The notes: generated by a model from the sequence alone, not told the origin. Positions 9,114-18,603 are shown, numbered from the stretch's first letter. The stretch: DNA of 30,560 nt from a virus (IMGVR_UViG_3300014818_000021:1-30560), one strand, 5' to 3'. Numbers and translations are program-made.

Positions 9114-10048
9114 TGGATGAGTTTTTATGGGTAGAAAAACATAGACCTAGTAAAATTAGTGATTGCATTTTGCCTGCGCAAATTAAATCCACTTTTGAAG
9201 ATATTGTTAGAGGAGGTGCACTACACAATATGCTTCTTACCGGCACGGCCGGCCTCGGTAAAACTACCGTCGCAAAGGCATTATGCAATGAGCTAAACCT
9301 AGACTATTTACTTATTAACGGTTCTGAAGAATCAGGCATTGATACCCTTAGAACTAAAATCAAACAGTTTGCATCTTCCGTTTCGCTTCAAGGCGGCTAC
9401 AAAGTAGTTATCTTGGACGAGGCTGATTATCTAAATGCACAATCTACACAACCTGCATTACGCGGTTTTATAGAAGAATTCTCAAGTAATTGTAGATTCA
9501 TCCTGACCTGCAATTTTAAGAACCGTATAATCGAACCTCTACATTCTAGATGCTCAGTTGTTGAATTCAACGTAGCAAAGAAAGATATGATTAGCTTATG
9601 TGGTGATTTCCATAGTAGAGCGATGTATATCTGCCAACAAGAAGGCATCAAAGTAGATCCTGCGGTACTTGCAGAACTTATTATGAAGCATGCTCCAGAT
9701 TGGCGTAGAGTGTTAAACGAATTACAGAGATACTCAACATCCGGCGTTATTGATACCGGAATTCTGGTTAGTTTATCAGAACAGTCTATTGACAAACTTA
9801 TGGGTTTATTGAAGAATAAAGACTTTAAGAATATGCGTCAATGGGTTGCAGATAATATGAATACCGAACCTACCGCAATTTACAGGAAGATCTATGACAA
9901 CATGACTGATCATATTGTTCCTGCTTCTATGCCTCAATTGGTATTAATATTAGCTGATTATTCTTACAAGAACAGTTTTGTTGCGGATCACGAGCTGAAC
10001 TTAGTAGCTTGTCTTACTGAGTGCATGTCACAGGTGAATTACAAATGA
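9113..10048 (+). CDS. gp44: Clamp loader ATPase subunit
   Basis: LWVEKHRP, GTAGLGKT, DEAD, SRC motif. Confidence 0.96.
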   Translation: MDEFLWVEKHRPSKISDCILPAQIKSTFEDIVRGGALHNMLLTGTAGLGKTTVAKALCNELNLDYLLINGSEESGIDTLRTKIKQFASSVSLQGGYKVVILDEADYLNAQSTQPALRGFIEEFSSNCRFILTCNFKNRIIEPLHSRCSVVEFNVAKKDMISLCGDFHSRAMYICQQEGIKVDPAVLAELIMKHAPDWRRVLNELQRYSTSGVIDTGILVSLSEQSIDKLMGLLKNKDFKNMRQWVADNMNTEPTAIYRKIYDNMTDHIVPASMPQLVLILADYSYKNSFVADHELNLVACLTECMSQVNYK

Positions 10049-10644
10049 TTAATATTTACGATTATGAAACCTTATCCGCAGATATGCAGCTTGCGCCTAT
10101 AGTTAATATAGCTTGTCTTACGATTGACGAAGACCGATTCTTATCTGATTCACCCTTTACTTTACTGGAAATCGTAGATCTTAGCAAGACCATGAAATTC
10201 GATATTGTAGAACAAGTTACAAAATTCGGTCGTGTGATAGATCACGAAACACTTGCATGGTGGAAAAAACGAGGTCCTGAAGCATTAAAGCAGCTTGCTC
10301 CATCTGATATGGATGTATCAATTACAGAACTTCCTGCGTTTATGTCTAACATATTTACGGATGGCGAATTGGTATTCACCCGGGGTAACACCTTTGATCC
10401 TGTTCTTACAACCTCTATATGTAAAGCATTAAAACAACCTGAACCCTATAAGTTTTGGGATGTTCGTGACACCCGCACCTTTATCGAAGGCATTGCACTA
10501 GGCCACGGTATTGAAATCTCTAACTCCTTTATACCTACTAATATGGATAAGCGTGAATTTGTTGCTCATAATCCAGCGCATGATATTGCTATGGATATAC
10601 TTAGAATTCAATGGATATTAAGATCCGTATTTGGTAAGGTTTAA
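10045..10644 (+). CDS. dexA: DEDDh 3'-5' exonuclease (DexA-like)
   Basis: DYETLS, TLAWW, RGNTFD, WDVRDTRT and HNPAHD motifs. ATG 10045 overlaps the gp44 stop (ATGA). Confidence 0.8.
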   Translation: MINIYDYETLSADMQLAPIVNIACLTIDEDRFLSDSPFTLLEIVDLSKTMKFDIVEQVTKFGRVIDHETLAWWKKRGPEALKQLAPSDMDVSITELPAFMSNIFTDGELVFTRGNTFDPVLTTSICKALKQPEPYKFWDVRDTRTFIEGIALGHGIEISNSFIPTNMDKREFVAHNPAHDIAMDILRIQWILRSVFGKV

Positions 10645-10645
10645 G

Positions 10646-11026
10646 ATGAATCCATTCGATTATGTGATATCTATTAACATGTCAAAGAAAGACATAATGG
10701 TTGACAATATAACAGAAAAGGCTTACACACCCTTTTTAGTCAACCGATCCTTATCTTACTTTAATGACACCGTTCTTTATGCTAATGAAATGAATATCAA
10801 TCATCATCTTGATAGCCGTCTCCAATTTGATTTCTTACGTAATATTGTTCGAAAAAAGAAGAGATTCTCTAAATGGGCAAAACCTACGGAGATAAATAAC
10901 ATAGATACTATTAAAGATTATTATGGTTATAGCAATGAAAAGGCTAAGTCAGTCTTATCACTATTTACAGATAGTCAAATTGAAACGTTGAATAATAGGA
11001 TGTATAAAGGTGGAAAACGAAAATGA
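10646..11026 (+). CDS. gp62: Clamp loader small subunit
   Basis: MNPFDYV, YTPFLVNRSLS, KKKRFSKWAK and YYGYSNEKA motifs. ATG 10646 follows AAGGT. Confidence 0.92.
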   Translation: MNPFDYVISINMSKKDIMVDNITEKAYTPFLVNRSLSYFNDTVLYANEMNINHHLDSRLQFDFLRNIVRKKKRFSKWAKPTEINNIDTIKDYYGYSNEKAKSVLSLFTDSQIETLNNRMYKGGKRK

Positions 11027-11429
11027 AGAAGTGAGCCGATGGAGTCCGGCCGACATGTTAGAAATCACCATTAATGAACCGGATGATTTTTTAAAGATTA
11101 GAGAAACCCTAACCCGTATTGGAGTAGCTTCTAGGAAAGATCAGAAGCTATATCAATCCTGTCATATCCTTCATAAGCAAGGAAGATATTTTATCGTTCA
11201 CTTTAAGGAGTTATTCTTATTGGACGGCAAACCGTCTACCTTAATGGAGAATGACATAGAGAGACGCAATACCATCACTATTCTGCTTTCAGATTGGGGA
11301 TTAGTTACTATCCTAAATCCGGAACATTATAAGTCTATTGCTCCTCTTAGACAGATCAAGGTTATACCGCACAAAGATAAGCCACTTTGGGAATTATGCC
11401 CAAAATACAACATAGGCGGCAAACAGTAG
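11010..11429 (+). CDS. regA: Translational repressor RegA
   Basis: DDFLKIRETLTRIGVAS, LYQSCHILHKQGRYFIVHFKELF, PKYNIG. Confidence 0.96.
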   Translation: MENENEEVSRWSPADMLEITINEPDDFLKIRETLTRIGVASRKDQKLYQSCHILHKQGRYFIVHFKELFLLDGKPSTLMENDIERRNTITILLSDWGLVTILNPEHYKSIAPLRQIKVIPHKDKPLWELCPKYNIGGKQ

Positions 11430-11445
11430 AAGTTAGTCGTATATA

Positions 11446-11482
11446 TAGATGTGTTATGCCGAATCATCGGGTAACACATCTA
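11446..11482 (+). promoter_or_regulatory. Structured 5' leader hairpin of hsp20
   Basis: Perfect 11-bp stem TAGATGTGTTA/TAACACATCTA enclosing TG-CCGA-ATCA-TCGG-G. The core is repeated at 8502-8518. Confidence 0.65.
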
Positions 11483-11511
11483 CACCTTGCTTAATTAATT
11501 AGGAGGTCATT

Positions 11512-11967
11512 ATGACACATAGCAAATTACACGTACCGCGTTCACTATTCCTTGGTTTCGAAAATCTTTTTGAAGACTTAGAGAGAATTCATTCCTCAAC
11601 AAGACCTGTTGATAACTATCCGCCTCACAACGTCATTAAAATTTCAGAGGGTATCTTTGATATTGAAATGGCCGTGTCTGGATTTAAAGAAGAAGACCTA
11701 AGAATTGAAACCAAAGATGGCATATTGCACATCTACGGTTGCTCTGATAAGGATAATCGCGATTATGTGCACAAGGGTATATCGTCACGCAAATTCGAGA
11801 AAAGCTTTCGTATCTCAGAATCTGTTGTCATAGATGGTGCTGATCTTAGCGATGGCATACTCGCCATTCACTTGAGAGTAGAGATCCCTGAAGAAAAGCG
11901 TTCAAGAAAGATCACAATCGGATCTGCCGGGACATCAAACGAAAAGGTCTTCTTACAAGAGGACTGA
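11512..11967 (+). CDS. hsp20: Small heat shock protein (Hsp20/IbpA-like)
   Basis: NYPPHNV, EMAVSGF, YVHKGISSRKFEKSF, DGIL, IPEE; AGGAGG SD. Confidence 0.94.
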   Translation: MTHSKLHVPRSLFLGFENLFEDLERIHSSTRPVDNYPPHNVIKISEGIFDIEMAVSGFKEEDLRIETKDGILHIYGCSDKDNRDYVHKGISSRKFEKSFRISESVVIDGADLSDGILAIHLRVEIPEEKRSRKITIGSAGTSNEKVFLQED

Positions 11968-12029
11968 TTGAGAGAAACTCAGTAGGTTGAAATCACTTAC
12001 TGAAGTTAATCACAAAAACTAAACCAAAG

Positions 12030-12057
12030 AGGAGTAAATTTATTTGCTCCTTTTTTT
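12030..12057 (+). terminator. Intrinsic terminator after hsp20
   Basis: AGGAGTAAA-N4-TTTGCTCCT stem plus T-run. Confidence 0.75.
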
Positions 12058-12063
12058 CGTTTA

Positions 12064-12097
12064 GGGGGTTTACATTCCTTCCAAAGTACGGTATAAT
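12064..12097 (+). promoter_or_regulatory. Phage early-type promoter for gp43
   Basis: GGGGG-TTTACA-N17-TATAAT. Confidence 0.85.
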
Positions 12098-12124
12098 GGT
12101 CACATCAAATAAATAGAGTATATT

Positions 12125-14665
12125 ATGATTAAAAAACCCTTCTACACCAACGTCTCCCGCTACGGGAACAACCTCCTTTATCTAGGCATAGAAAACGGCA
12201 AAAGAGTCCAAAGGAAATTCAAATATCAGCCTACGCTATATGTTGCAACTCAAACCGAAACCGATTGGAAAGCGCTAGATGGTACACCAGTAGCTCCAGT
12301 TAAGTTTGATTCTATGCGGGATCAAAAAGAATGGCTTAAGACTAACAAAGACATTTCAGGTCGTAGCATATATGGTAACACAAAACACATAGCAGGATTC
12401 ATTAACGATTACTTTCCTGGTAACGGTGAAACGGTTGAGTTCGATAGAGACTCAATTAATGTAACAACAATAGATATAGAGTGTCAGTCAGACGACGGCT
12501 TTCCTGAACCCGCAATTGCAGCTAAAGAAGTTACGGCAATCTGTTTAAAGAATAACATCGATAACATTTACTACGTCTGGGGATTAAAACCTTACGACGT
12601 ATCTAAAAGCCTCATGAAAACGAATAAAGTGGTATATACCCACTGTAACTCTGAACAAGAACTACTGCTTCTTTATATCGCTCATTGGGCAAATCCTCTA
12701 AATACACCTGACGTTATAACAGGTTGGAACAATCGTTTCTTTGATATGCCTTACCTTATTAATAGGATCTTCCGCATATTCGGTCCTGACAAAGGCCAAG
12801 ATCTTGTAAACAAACTTTCACCCTGGAGCATGGTTGATGAGCGTATGATCACCATGATGGGTAGAGATCAACAAACATATGAAATACATGGCGTATCGTG
12901 TATCGATTATCTTGAACTATTTAAGAAGTTCGGTTACTCGTACGGCGCACAAGAATCATATAGACTAGATCATATTGCACACGTTGTTCTCAACGAAAAT
13001 AAATTGTCTTATGAAGAACATGGCGATCTATTTACACTCTATGAAAAAGACCCTCAGAAGTTTATTGATTATAACATTAAAGACGTTGAATTAGTAGACA
13101 GAATCGAAGAGAAGATGGGCCTAATCACATTAGCACTCACCATAGCTTATAAAGGCGGAGTTAATTATAGTGACGTAATGGGTACAACCGCTATATGGGA
13201 TTCCATTATCTTTCGCAAGCTACACTCTCAAAAGACCGCAATTCCATTTGCTACAGAGAGCGTACGTATGCCTTACCCTGGCGGATACGTTAAAGAACCA
13301 ATTACTGGAATGCATGATTGGGTGGCGTCATTCGATTTAAACTCACTATATCCCTCAATCATCATGCAGTATAACATGTCACCAGAAACTATTGCAAATG
13401 GAGAGACGTGTAACATCGATGTTAATTCCCTATTAGATAATCCATCAATGGTAGACAACAAAGGCAAAGCGTTATGCGTAAATGGTCAATACTTTAATAT
13501 TGATAAGCCCGGGGTATTTCCTAAGATCATTTCAGATCTATACGAGGAACGTGTAGGCGTTAAGCGTTCGATGCTGGACTTTCAAATAGAATTACAAAGC
13601 GTTAAAAAGGGAGATATAGCGGAAACACTAAGAATAGAAAGGGAAATCTCTATATCAGAAAACAGACAAATGGCAATCAAGATCCTGCTTAACTCTCTTT
13701 ATGGTGCAATTGGCAACAAATACTTTAGGTACTTCGACCAGCGTATTGCAGAAGCAATTACGCTCACAGGCCAATATATTATTCGTTACGGCGAAGGTGC
13801 AATTAATACCTACCTTAATAAAGTACTTAAAACTAAAAAAGACTATGTAATTGCTATCGACACAGATTCCCTTTATGTTAACTTAGGTCCGCTGGTTAAG
13901 GCCGTTAGTCCTAATAACCCTGTAGACTTCCTTGATGCAGTTTCAAGGGATAAACTAGAGGTTGTGCTTAAAGATGCTTATGCTGTACTGTTTGACCAGC
14001 TAGGCGGCATAGAAAACAAGATGGTTATGAAACGGGAATACATTGCTAATCGAGGCATTTGGCAGGCGAAGAAGAGATACATATTAAACGTATTCGACAG
14101 CGAAGGTGTACGATACGCAGAGCCCAAAATTAAAATGACTGGCATCGAAGCTATCAAGTCCTCTACTCCTATGGCATGCCGCGTTGAAATGAAAAGAATG
14201 TTTGGAATTATCATCAATGGTACAGAACCAGAAGTACAAAGATCCATTGCGGAATTCAAAGAAACCTTCTTTAATCTACCCCCGCATGATATAGCATTTC
14301 CACGCGGTACAACCAAAGTTGCAGATTACGCAGATAAGAATAGGATCTATAAGAAAGGTACACCTATACATGTTCGAGGCGCTTTACTATATAATCGCAT
14401 GATCGAAGATCAAGGACTTGATAAGAAATACACCAACATTAAAAGCGGGGAAAAACTTAAGTTCGTTTACCTTAAAAAACCAAACCCAATCAAAGAAAAT
14501 GTAATATCATTTCCTGACTATTTGCACGACGAGTTTGGTTTAAACAAATACATTGACAGAGAACTGCAATTTCGGAAAACGTATCTGGATGGTGTAGAGT
14601 CAATACTGAATGCTATTGGATGGACATCAGAAGAAGTATCAACTCTTGAATCTTTTTTCGGATAG
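12125..14665 (+). CDS. gp43: Family B DNA polymerase
   Basis: Exo DIEC, GWNNRFFD, YNIKDV; pol SFDLNSLYPSI, KILLNSLYGA, DTDS, KKRY; C-terminal clamp-binding TLESFF. Confidence 0.98.
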   Translation: MIKKPFYTNVSRYGNNLLYLGIENGKRVQRKFKYQPTLYVATQTETDWKALDGTPVAPVKFDSMRDQKEWLKTNKDISGRSIYGNTKHIAGFINDYFPGNGETVEFDRDSINVTTIDIECQSDDGFPEPAIAAKEVTAICLKNNIDNIYYVWGLKPYDVSKSLMKTNKVVYTHCNSEQELLLLYIAHWANPLNTPDVITGWNNRFFDMPYLINRIFRIFGPDKGQDLVNKLSPWSMVDERMITMMGRDQQTYEIHGVSCIDYLELFKKFGYSYGAQESYRLDHIAHVVLNENKLSYEEHGDLFTLYEKDPQKFIDYNIKDVELVDRIEEKMGLITLALTIAYKGGVNYSDVMGTTAIWDSIIFRKLHSQKTAIPFATESVRMPYPGGYVKEPITGMHDWVASFDLNSLYPSIIMQYNMSPETIANGETCNIDVNSLLDNPSMVDNKGKALCVNGQYFNIDKPGVFPKIISDLYEERVGVKRSMLDFQIELQSVKKGDIAETLRIEREISISENRQMAIKILLNSLYGAIGNKYFRYFDQRIAEAITLTGQYIIRYGEGAINTYLNKVLKTKKDYVIAIDTDSLYVNLGPLVKAVSPNNPVDFLDAVSRDKLEVVLKDAYAVLFDQLGGIENKMVMKREYIANRGIWQAKKRYILNVFDSEGVRYAEPKIKMTGIEAIKSSTPMACRVEMKRMFGIIINGTEPEVQRSIAEFKETFFNLPPHDIAFPRGTTKVADYADKNRIYKKGTPIHVRGALLYNRMIEDQGLDKKYTNIKSGEKLKFVYLKKPNPIKENVISFPDYLHDEFGLNKYIDRELQFRKTYLDGVESILNAIGWTSEEVSTLESFFG

Positions 14666-14698
14666 GGGGTTTACAAACACCTAAAAGTATGGTATAAT
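14665..14698 (+). promoter_or_regulatory. Phage early-type promoter
   Basis: GGGGG-TTTACA-N17-TATAAT. Confidence 0.85.
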
Positions 14699-14734
14699 GA
14701 TCCCATATTAAATAATAACTAAAGAGAGTAATAA

Positions 14735-15028
14735 ATGGAAATCAAATTAATAAGACTTACATCAGGCGAAGAGTTAATCGGAGAGGTATCAGTAAACCAG
14801 GATGAATCCGTTACTATTAAGAAAGCCATTATCTTAATTCCTGCGGGAGAGGGCAAACTAGGTTTTATGCCTTTTATGCCTTACACAGAAGCTGCTGACG
14901 GCGTAGAGATCGCAAAAGAATTTGTAATGTTTATTGTTACCCCGATTCAGGGCTTAATCGATAACCATGCAGAATCGACAAAAGATGCATCTGACATCAT
15001 CACACCTTCATCATCAATCATTTTATAG
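14735..15028 (+). CDS. Conserved hypothetical T4-like phage protein (probable Sm-like fold)
   Basis: IKLIRLTSGEELIGEV N-terminus and a C-terminal IITPSSSIIL. Confidence 0.75.
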   Translation: MEIKLIRLTSGEELIGEVSVNQDESVTIKKAIILIPAGEGKLGFMPFMPYTEAADGVEIAKEFVMFIVTPIQGLIDNHAESTKDASDIITPSSSIIL

Positions 15029-15041
15029 GATAGACATTAAT

Positions 15042-15452
15042 ATGAGTAACAATTGGGTAAAAGATATATCTGACATGCAGGATAAATTCGGCACAAAAGA
15101 ATGGGTTAAGAATAACCCTACCAAACTGAAAGAGTTTATGACATTTCGTCTAGACTTTATTGAAGAAGAGTTCGAAGAAACCATGAAGGCTTTCTTTCAG
15201 AGCGATCCTGAAGAAATGGTAGATGGACTAATTGATCTATGCGTCGTTGCTATCGGAACCTTAGATGCGTTCGGTGTTGATGCTAACGAGGCTTGGGACA
15301 AAGTCTTAGAAGCTAATATGTCTAAAGAGGTTGGTATTAAGAAAGAACGACCGAATCCTTTGGGACTTCCTGATCTTGCAAAACCCAAAGGCTGGACAGC
15401 TCCAGACCATACAGGCAACCACGGAGTATTAGACACAATAAAGTTCGTATAG
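15042..15452 (+). CDS. MazG/PRA-PH-like NTP pyrophosphohydrolase
   Basis: FIEEEFEE...EEMVDGLIDLCVV...ANMSK...KPKGWTAPD. ATG 15042 follows AGGA. Confidence 0.82.
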   Translation: MSNNWVKDISDMQDKFGTKEWVKNNPTKLKEFMTFRLDFIEEEFEETMKAFFQSDPEEMVDGLIDLCVVAIGTLDAFGVDANEAWDKVLEANMSKEVGIKKERPNPLGLPDLAKPKGWTAPDHTGNHGVLDTIKFV

Positions 15453-15478
15453 AATAAGTACCAACATTGAGAAACAAC

Positions 15479-16396
15479 ATGATATCACTAACAATATTTG
15501 ACAGCATTTACGATAATAAAACCGACAAACGTATGGACTATGATACGTTTGACGAATTCGAAAGTGTACTATATAAGTTATCTCAATCTAGTAAATATCC
15601 TACTAAGAAAGATGCACCGCTTATATCCCCGGCGGTGTATCTTCCTAAAACAACGAGAGCCAATGATAATGTAACAGCTTGGTGTGGTTTCGGTATTGTA
15701 GATGTAGATGATTATGAAGGCAACATAGAGGATATTCATACACAGTATTCTCAATACAAGTACGTCTGTTATTCCACGGCGAGCTCAACTAAGGAACATC
15801 CTAAATTCAGATTAGTATTCCCGTTATCCCAATCCATATCTAAAGAAAAGATTAAGCACTTTTGGTATGCACTCAATAAAGAAATCGGTGGTATTGCAGA
15901 TGCACAAACCAAAGATCTCTCTAGAATGTATTACATACCAGGCAACTATAAAGGTGCTTATAACTTCATCTTTACCCATGATGGCATAACAATGAATCCT
16001 TCAGAGCTAATGACTAAACATGCTTATGTCTCTCAGAACGAATCATTTTTTGATAGACTACCAGAGTCTATACGCAACGGTTTAATGGAACATAGAAAAA
16101 ACACCTTAACTAACACCAGCTTCACGTGGACAGGTTATGAAGATTGTCCATTCGTTAACAAAAAACAAGTTACTGAATACAAAGCAATTAGAGGTTCTGG
16201 CTGGTACCTTAAGATGTATCAGATAATGGTTTCAACCGCGGGTAACGCTATATCTAAAAACTATCCGATCACTGCAAAAGAAGTTGAGTATATCTGCAGA
16301 GATTTAGACAACTGCACAGGTGGTTGGTATGGCAAACGTGATATTGCTAAAGAGTCAGCTCGAGCGATCGACTTCGTATTTAAAAACAATCTCTAG
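15479..16396 (+). CDS. Archaeo-eukaryotic primase (AEP/prim-pol)-like protein
   Basis: VDVDD acidic motif, YSTASS...PKFRLVFPL, DAQTKDLSRMYY, plus a helical C-terminal domain. Confidence 0.7.
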   Translation: MISLTIFDSIYDNKTDKRMDYDTFDEFESVLYKLSQSSKYPTKKDAPLISPAVYLPKTTRANDNVTAWCGFGIVDVDDYEGNIEDIHTQYSQYKYVCYSTASSTKEHPKFRLVFPLSQSISKEKIKHFWYALNKEIGGIADAQTKDLSRMYYIPGNYKGAYNFIFTHDGITMNPSELMTKHAYVSQNESFFDRLPESIRNGLMEHRKNTLTNTSFTWTGYEDCPFVNKKQVTEYKAIRGSGWYLKMYQIMVSTAGNAISKNYPITAKEVEYICRDLDNCTGGWYGKRDIAKESARAIDFVFKNNL

Positions 16397-16405
16397 GAGA
16401 ATAAA

Positions 16406-16648
16406 TTGAAGAACCAAACAAAGATTACATATTCGGAAAAAGTTAACATTGAGTGCAACCAAAAAGTAGTAGAAGCCTTCGTTGATAAGTACGAACCTGG
16501 CAAATACCTTGCGGTTATTATTGAAGGAGTTAGAGTCAGCTTAAATCATCAGAAGAACGGTTCTTTTGTTGGACGTTTTGCAGGAATGGAATTAGTCTGT
16601 GAAGTTCCACCTGTAGTAGTTGCCCGCTATACTACCAGAGGTTATTAG
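16406..16648 (+). CDS. Hypothetical protein
   Basis: TTG start after AGGAGA; tightly packed in the operon. Confidence 0.7.
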   Translation: MKNQTKITYSEKVNIECNQKVVEAFVDKYEPGKYLAVIIEGVRVSLNHQKNGSFVGRFAGMELVCEVPPVVVARYTTRGY

Positions 16649-16651
16649 TAA

Positions 16652-16948
16652 ATGAACACTTATACCATTACATTCAAAACCATCATAGATGATGAAACCG
16701 CTATGGTAGATGTTAACCTAGGCTTTAATCTTGTTAAAGTTAACCAACACGTTAAATTCAGCCAATTAAAGGCTTCAGATCTTAAGAAGTTGCATACGAG
16801 TAAAGATGGCGATGATATATTAATGAAAGTCCTTAAGGAAGGCGATACACCACTAGTGGAATTCTTTGCTAATGAATATACGGTGGATATGTTTGGGCAC
16901 GAACATAAGAATATGAAGCGTGTTGATACGTCCCCCGTTGATAAATAA
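16652..16948 (+). CDS. Hypothetical protein
   Basis: GAGG SD; tightly packed. Confidence 0.7.
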   Translation: MNTYTITFKTIIDDETAMVDVNLGFNLVKVNQHVKFSQLKASDLKKLHTSKDGDDILMKVLKEGDTPLVEFFANEYTVDMFGHEHKNMKRVDTSPVDK

Positions 16949-16967
16949 ATCAAACTATTTTCACATA

Positions 16968-17001
16968 GGGGGTTTACATCAGGATCAAAGTACGGTATAA
17001 T
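16968..17001 (+). promoter_or_regulatory. Phage early-type promoter heading the nucleotide-modification operon
   Basis: GGGGG-TTTACA-N17-TATAAT. Confidence 0.85.
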
Positions 17002-17036
17002 GGTCTTAATAAATAAACAACTGAGATATCTATATT

Positions 17037-17510
17037 ATGAAAATCAGAGAAATCTTCGGGTTAAACCCGCAAATATCATTTAACAAAACCGATCTTTCGA
17101 AAGATGCTATGCTAGCTCTCGTCAAAGAATCCACAGACTTAGCGCAGAAGATTCTTAACGGACCTTCCTCTCAAGGATTTGGCGGTAGACAACGCACGCT
17201 TTCGGAAATACAACTAAACACCTTCGATGGACTATTAGCAGAACACTACCTTATATCGAATTTGGGTTGGTCCAAAGATAATGGACGCTGGAAAGATGTT
17301 ATTAGTCCTAATGGTATTCCTGTAGAGATTAAAACGTATAGTTCATTAAGCCCTTCTAAAAAGCAAGCTCACATTAACAACCTAGAAAAAAGAAAGACCA
17401 AATATGAACATGTCCTTATGTTTAAAAGAACTGGTGGAGTGTACACCTATGACTCATATTGGACATTTAATAAAGCTAAGAACAAATATCAATCGGAGGA
17501 ACAACGATGA
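17037..17510 (+). CDS. PD-(D/E)xK nuclease, T4 endonuclease IV (DenB)-like
   Basis: LLAEHYL...WKDVISPNGIPVEIKT parallels my recollection of DenB (VYAEFFV...WDVLAHP..GLRVEVKT). Confidence 0.55.
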   Translation: MKIREIFGLNPQISFNKTDLSKDAMLALVKESTDLAQKILNGPSSQGFGGRQRTLSEIQLNTFDGLLAEHYLISNLGWSKDNGRWKDVISPNGIPVEIKTYSSLSPSKKQAHINNLEKRKTKYEHVLMFKRTGGVYTYDSYWTFNKAKNKYQSEEQR

Positions 17511-17860
17511 AAACACCTATGGAAGTGCTTAAAGCTGCTGCCGAGATTCAGCAAAAGAAAAGCAATGACTACCAAAATCCAAACTCGAGAGTTAAACAAG
17601 CACAATATTACCCCCGAGGATGTGCAACTATCGCAGATATTATGTTTGGAAAAATGCTAAGAATACAATCAGTAATAGAAGCTATGGAGTCAGATGCTGA
17701 ATATACACAAAACTTTGAGTCCCTTGAGGATTCAGCTGTAGACCTGATTAACTATGCTACTTTCTTTGTTTCTTATATGAATAATGGCATTAATGGACAA
17801 GATCCTGATCGGGACTTTTTAAACAGAATAGTCCCAAATGAGGCTTCTAATAATGAGTAA
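17507..17860 (+). CDS. Nucleotide-modification-associated all-alpha domain protein (DUF1599/Nmad1-like)
   Basis: KKSNDY...KMLRI...ESLEDSAVDLINYA pattern; ATGA-coupled to the upstream gene. Confidence 0.65.
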   Translation: MKTPMEVLKAAAEIQQKKSNDYQNPNSRVKQAQYYPRGCATIADIMFGKMLRIQSVIEAMESDAEYTQNFESLEDSAVDLINYATFFVSYMNNGINGQDPDRDFLNRIVPNEASNNE

Positions 17861-18602
17861 TCATTTCGAGGGTGTTAACCTTAAAGAAGGTTTAAAATCA
17901 CTTAGATCTAAACTTCTAACAGATGGCTATGAGATTAAAACCGAAAGCTGGCAAGGTACAACTGGAAATCAATTCCCTGCACACCTTGAACTGCTTCATG
18001 CGGATCTTCTTGTTCCTATGGCTAATACAGCTCAGGAAGCTTCGGATTTACTTCAAGCTGCTCAACCATGGGCAGACGTTCATCATGAAGAACGCGTTGG
18101 CGGTTTACCCCTAAATCCTCCGCCTTCGCATACCATGTGGTTAAAAGATACAGAAAAATACATGAGCAAGGATCAACCTGCATTTTCTCATTCGTATCCT
18201 GAAAGAATGTGGTGTGACACTACAACAGACGGCATTAGATTTAAGTGGGGTAACCTACAAACAGCTGCTGATCTACTTAGAAAAGAACCTCATACTAGAC
18301 AGTGTTATGTTCCTATGTGGTTTCCTGAAGATTCAACAGCAGCTCTTGCAGGTGAACGTGTACCCTGTACCTTTGGCTGGCATTTCATGTTAAGAGATGG
18401 CAAATTGCATTGTTCTTATCATATGAGATCATGCGACGTATGCCGTCATTTACATAATGATCTATACTTTGCTAATAGATTAGTATTATGGATGATAGAG
18501 GAATCAGGCATAGATGCTGTACCTGGAACATTACACTTCTCATCTACGTCTCTACACTGTTTTGTTGTAGATAAATTCGCCCTTACGAATATGGTAAAGT
18601 AA
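17853..18602 (+). CDS. Thymidylate-synthase-fold enzyme, dCMP-type (gp42-like pyrimidine C5-modifying enzyme)
   Basis: TRQ, catalytic VPC, MRSCD...HND (Asp at the ThyA Asn177 position), SLH. ATG 17853 follows GAGG. Confidence 0.8.
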   Translation: MSNHFEGVNLKEGLKSLRSKLLTDGYEIKTESWQGTTGNQFPAHLELLHADLLVPMANTAQEASDLLQAAQPWADVHHEERVGGLPLNPPPSHTMWLKDTEKYMSKDQPAFSHSYPERMWCDTTTDGIRFKWGNLQTAADLLRKEPHTRQCYVPMWFPEDSTAALAGERVPCTFGWHFMLRDGKLHCSYHMRSCDVCRHLHNDLYFANRLVLWMIEESGIDAVPGTLHFSSTSLHCFVVDKFALTNMVK

Positions 18603-18603
18603 T

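Noticed and set aside
11440-11447. TATATATA as a late promoter for hsp20
   Set aside because: One mismatch from TATAAATA in AT-rich DNA; plausible but too weak to call.
11976-12007. Hairpin between hsp20 and gp43 as a gp43 autogenous operator
   Set aside because: It lies upstream of the terminator and of the gp43 promoter, so it is not in the gp43 leader; function unsupported.
12125-14665. Intein, intron or split in gp43 (also checked gp41, uvsX, thyX)
   Set aside because: Lengths and motif spacing are ordinary, and no homing-endonuclease or splicing motifs were seen.
17853-18602. Canonical thymidylate synthase (td/thyA)
   Set aside because: It has Asp rather than Asn at the specificity position, lacks the GLPFN motif, and ThyX is present.
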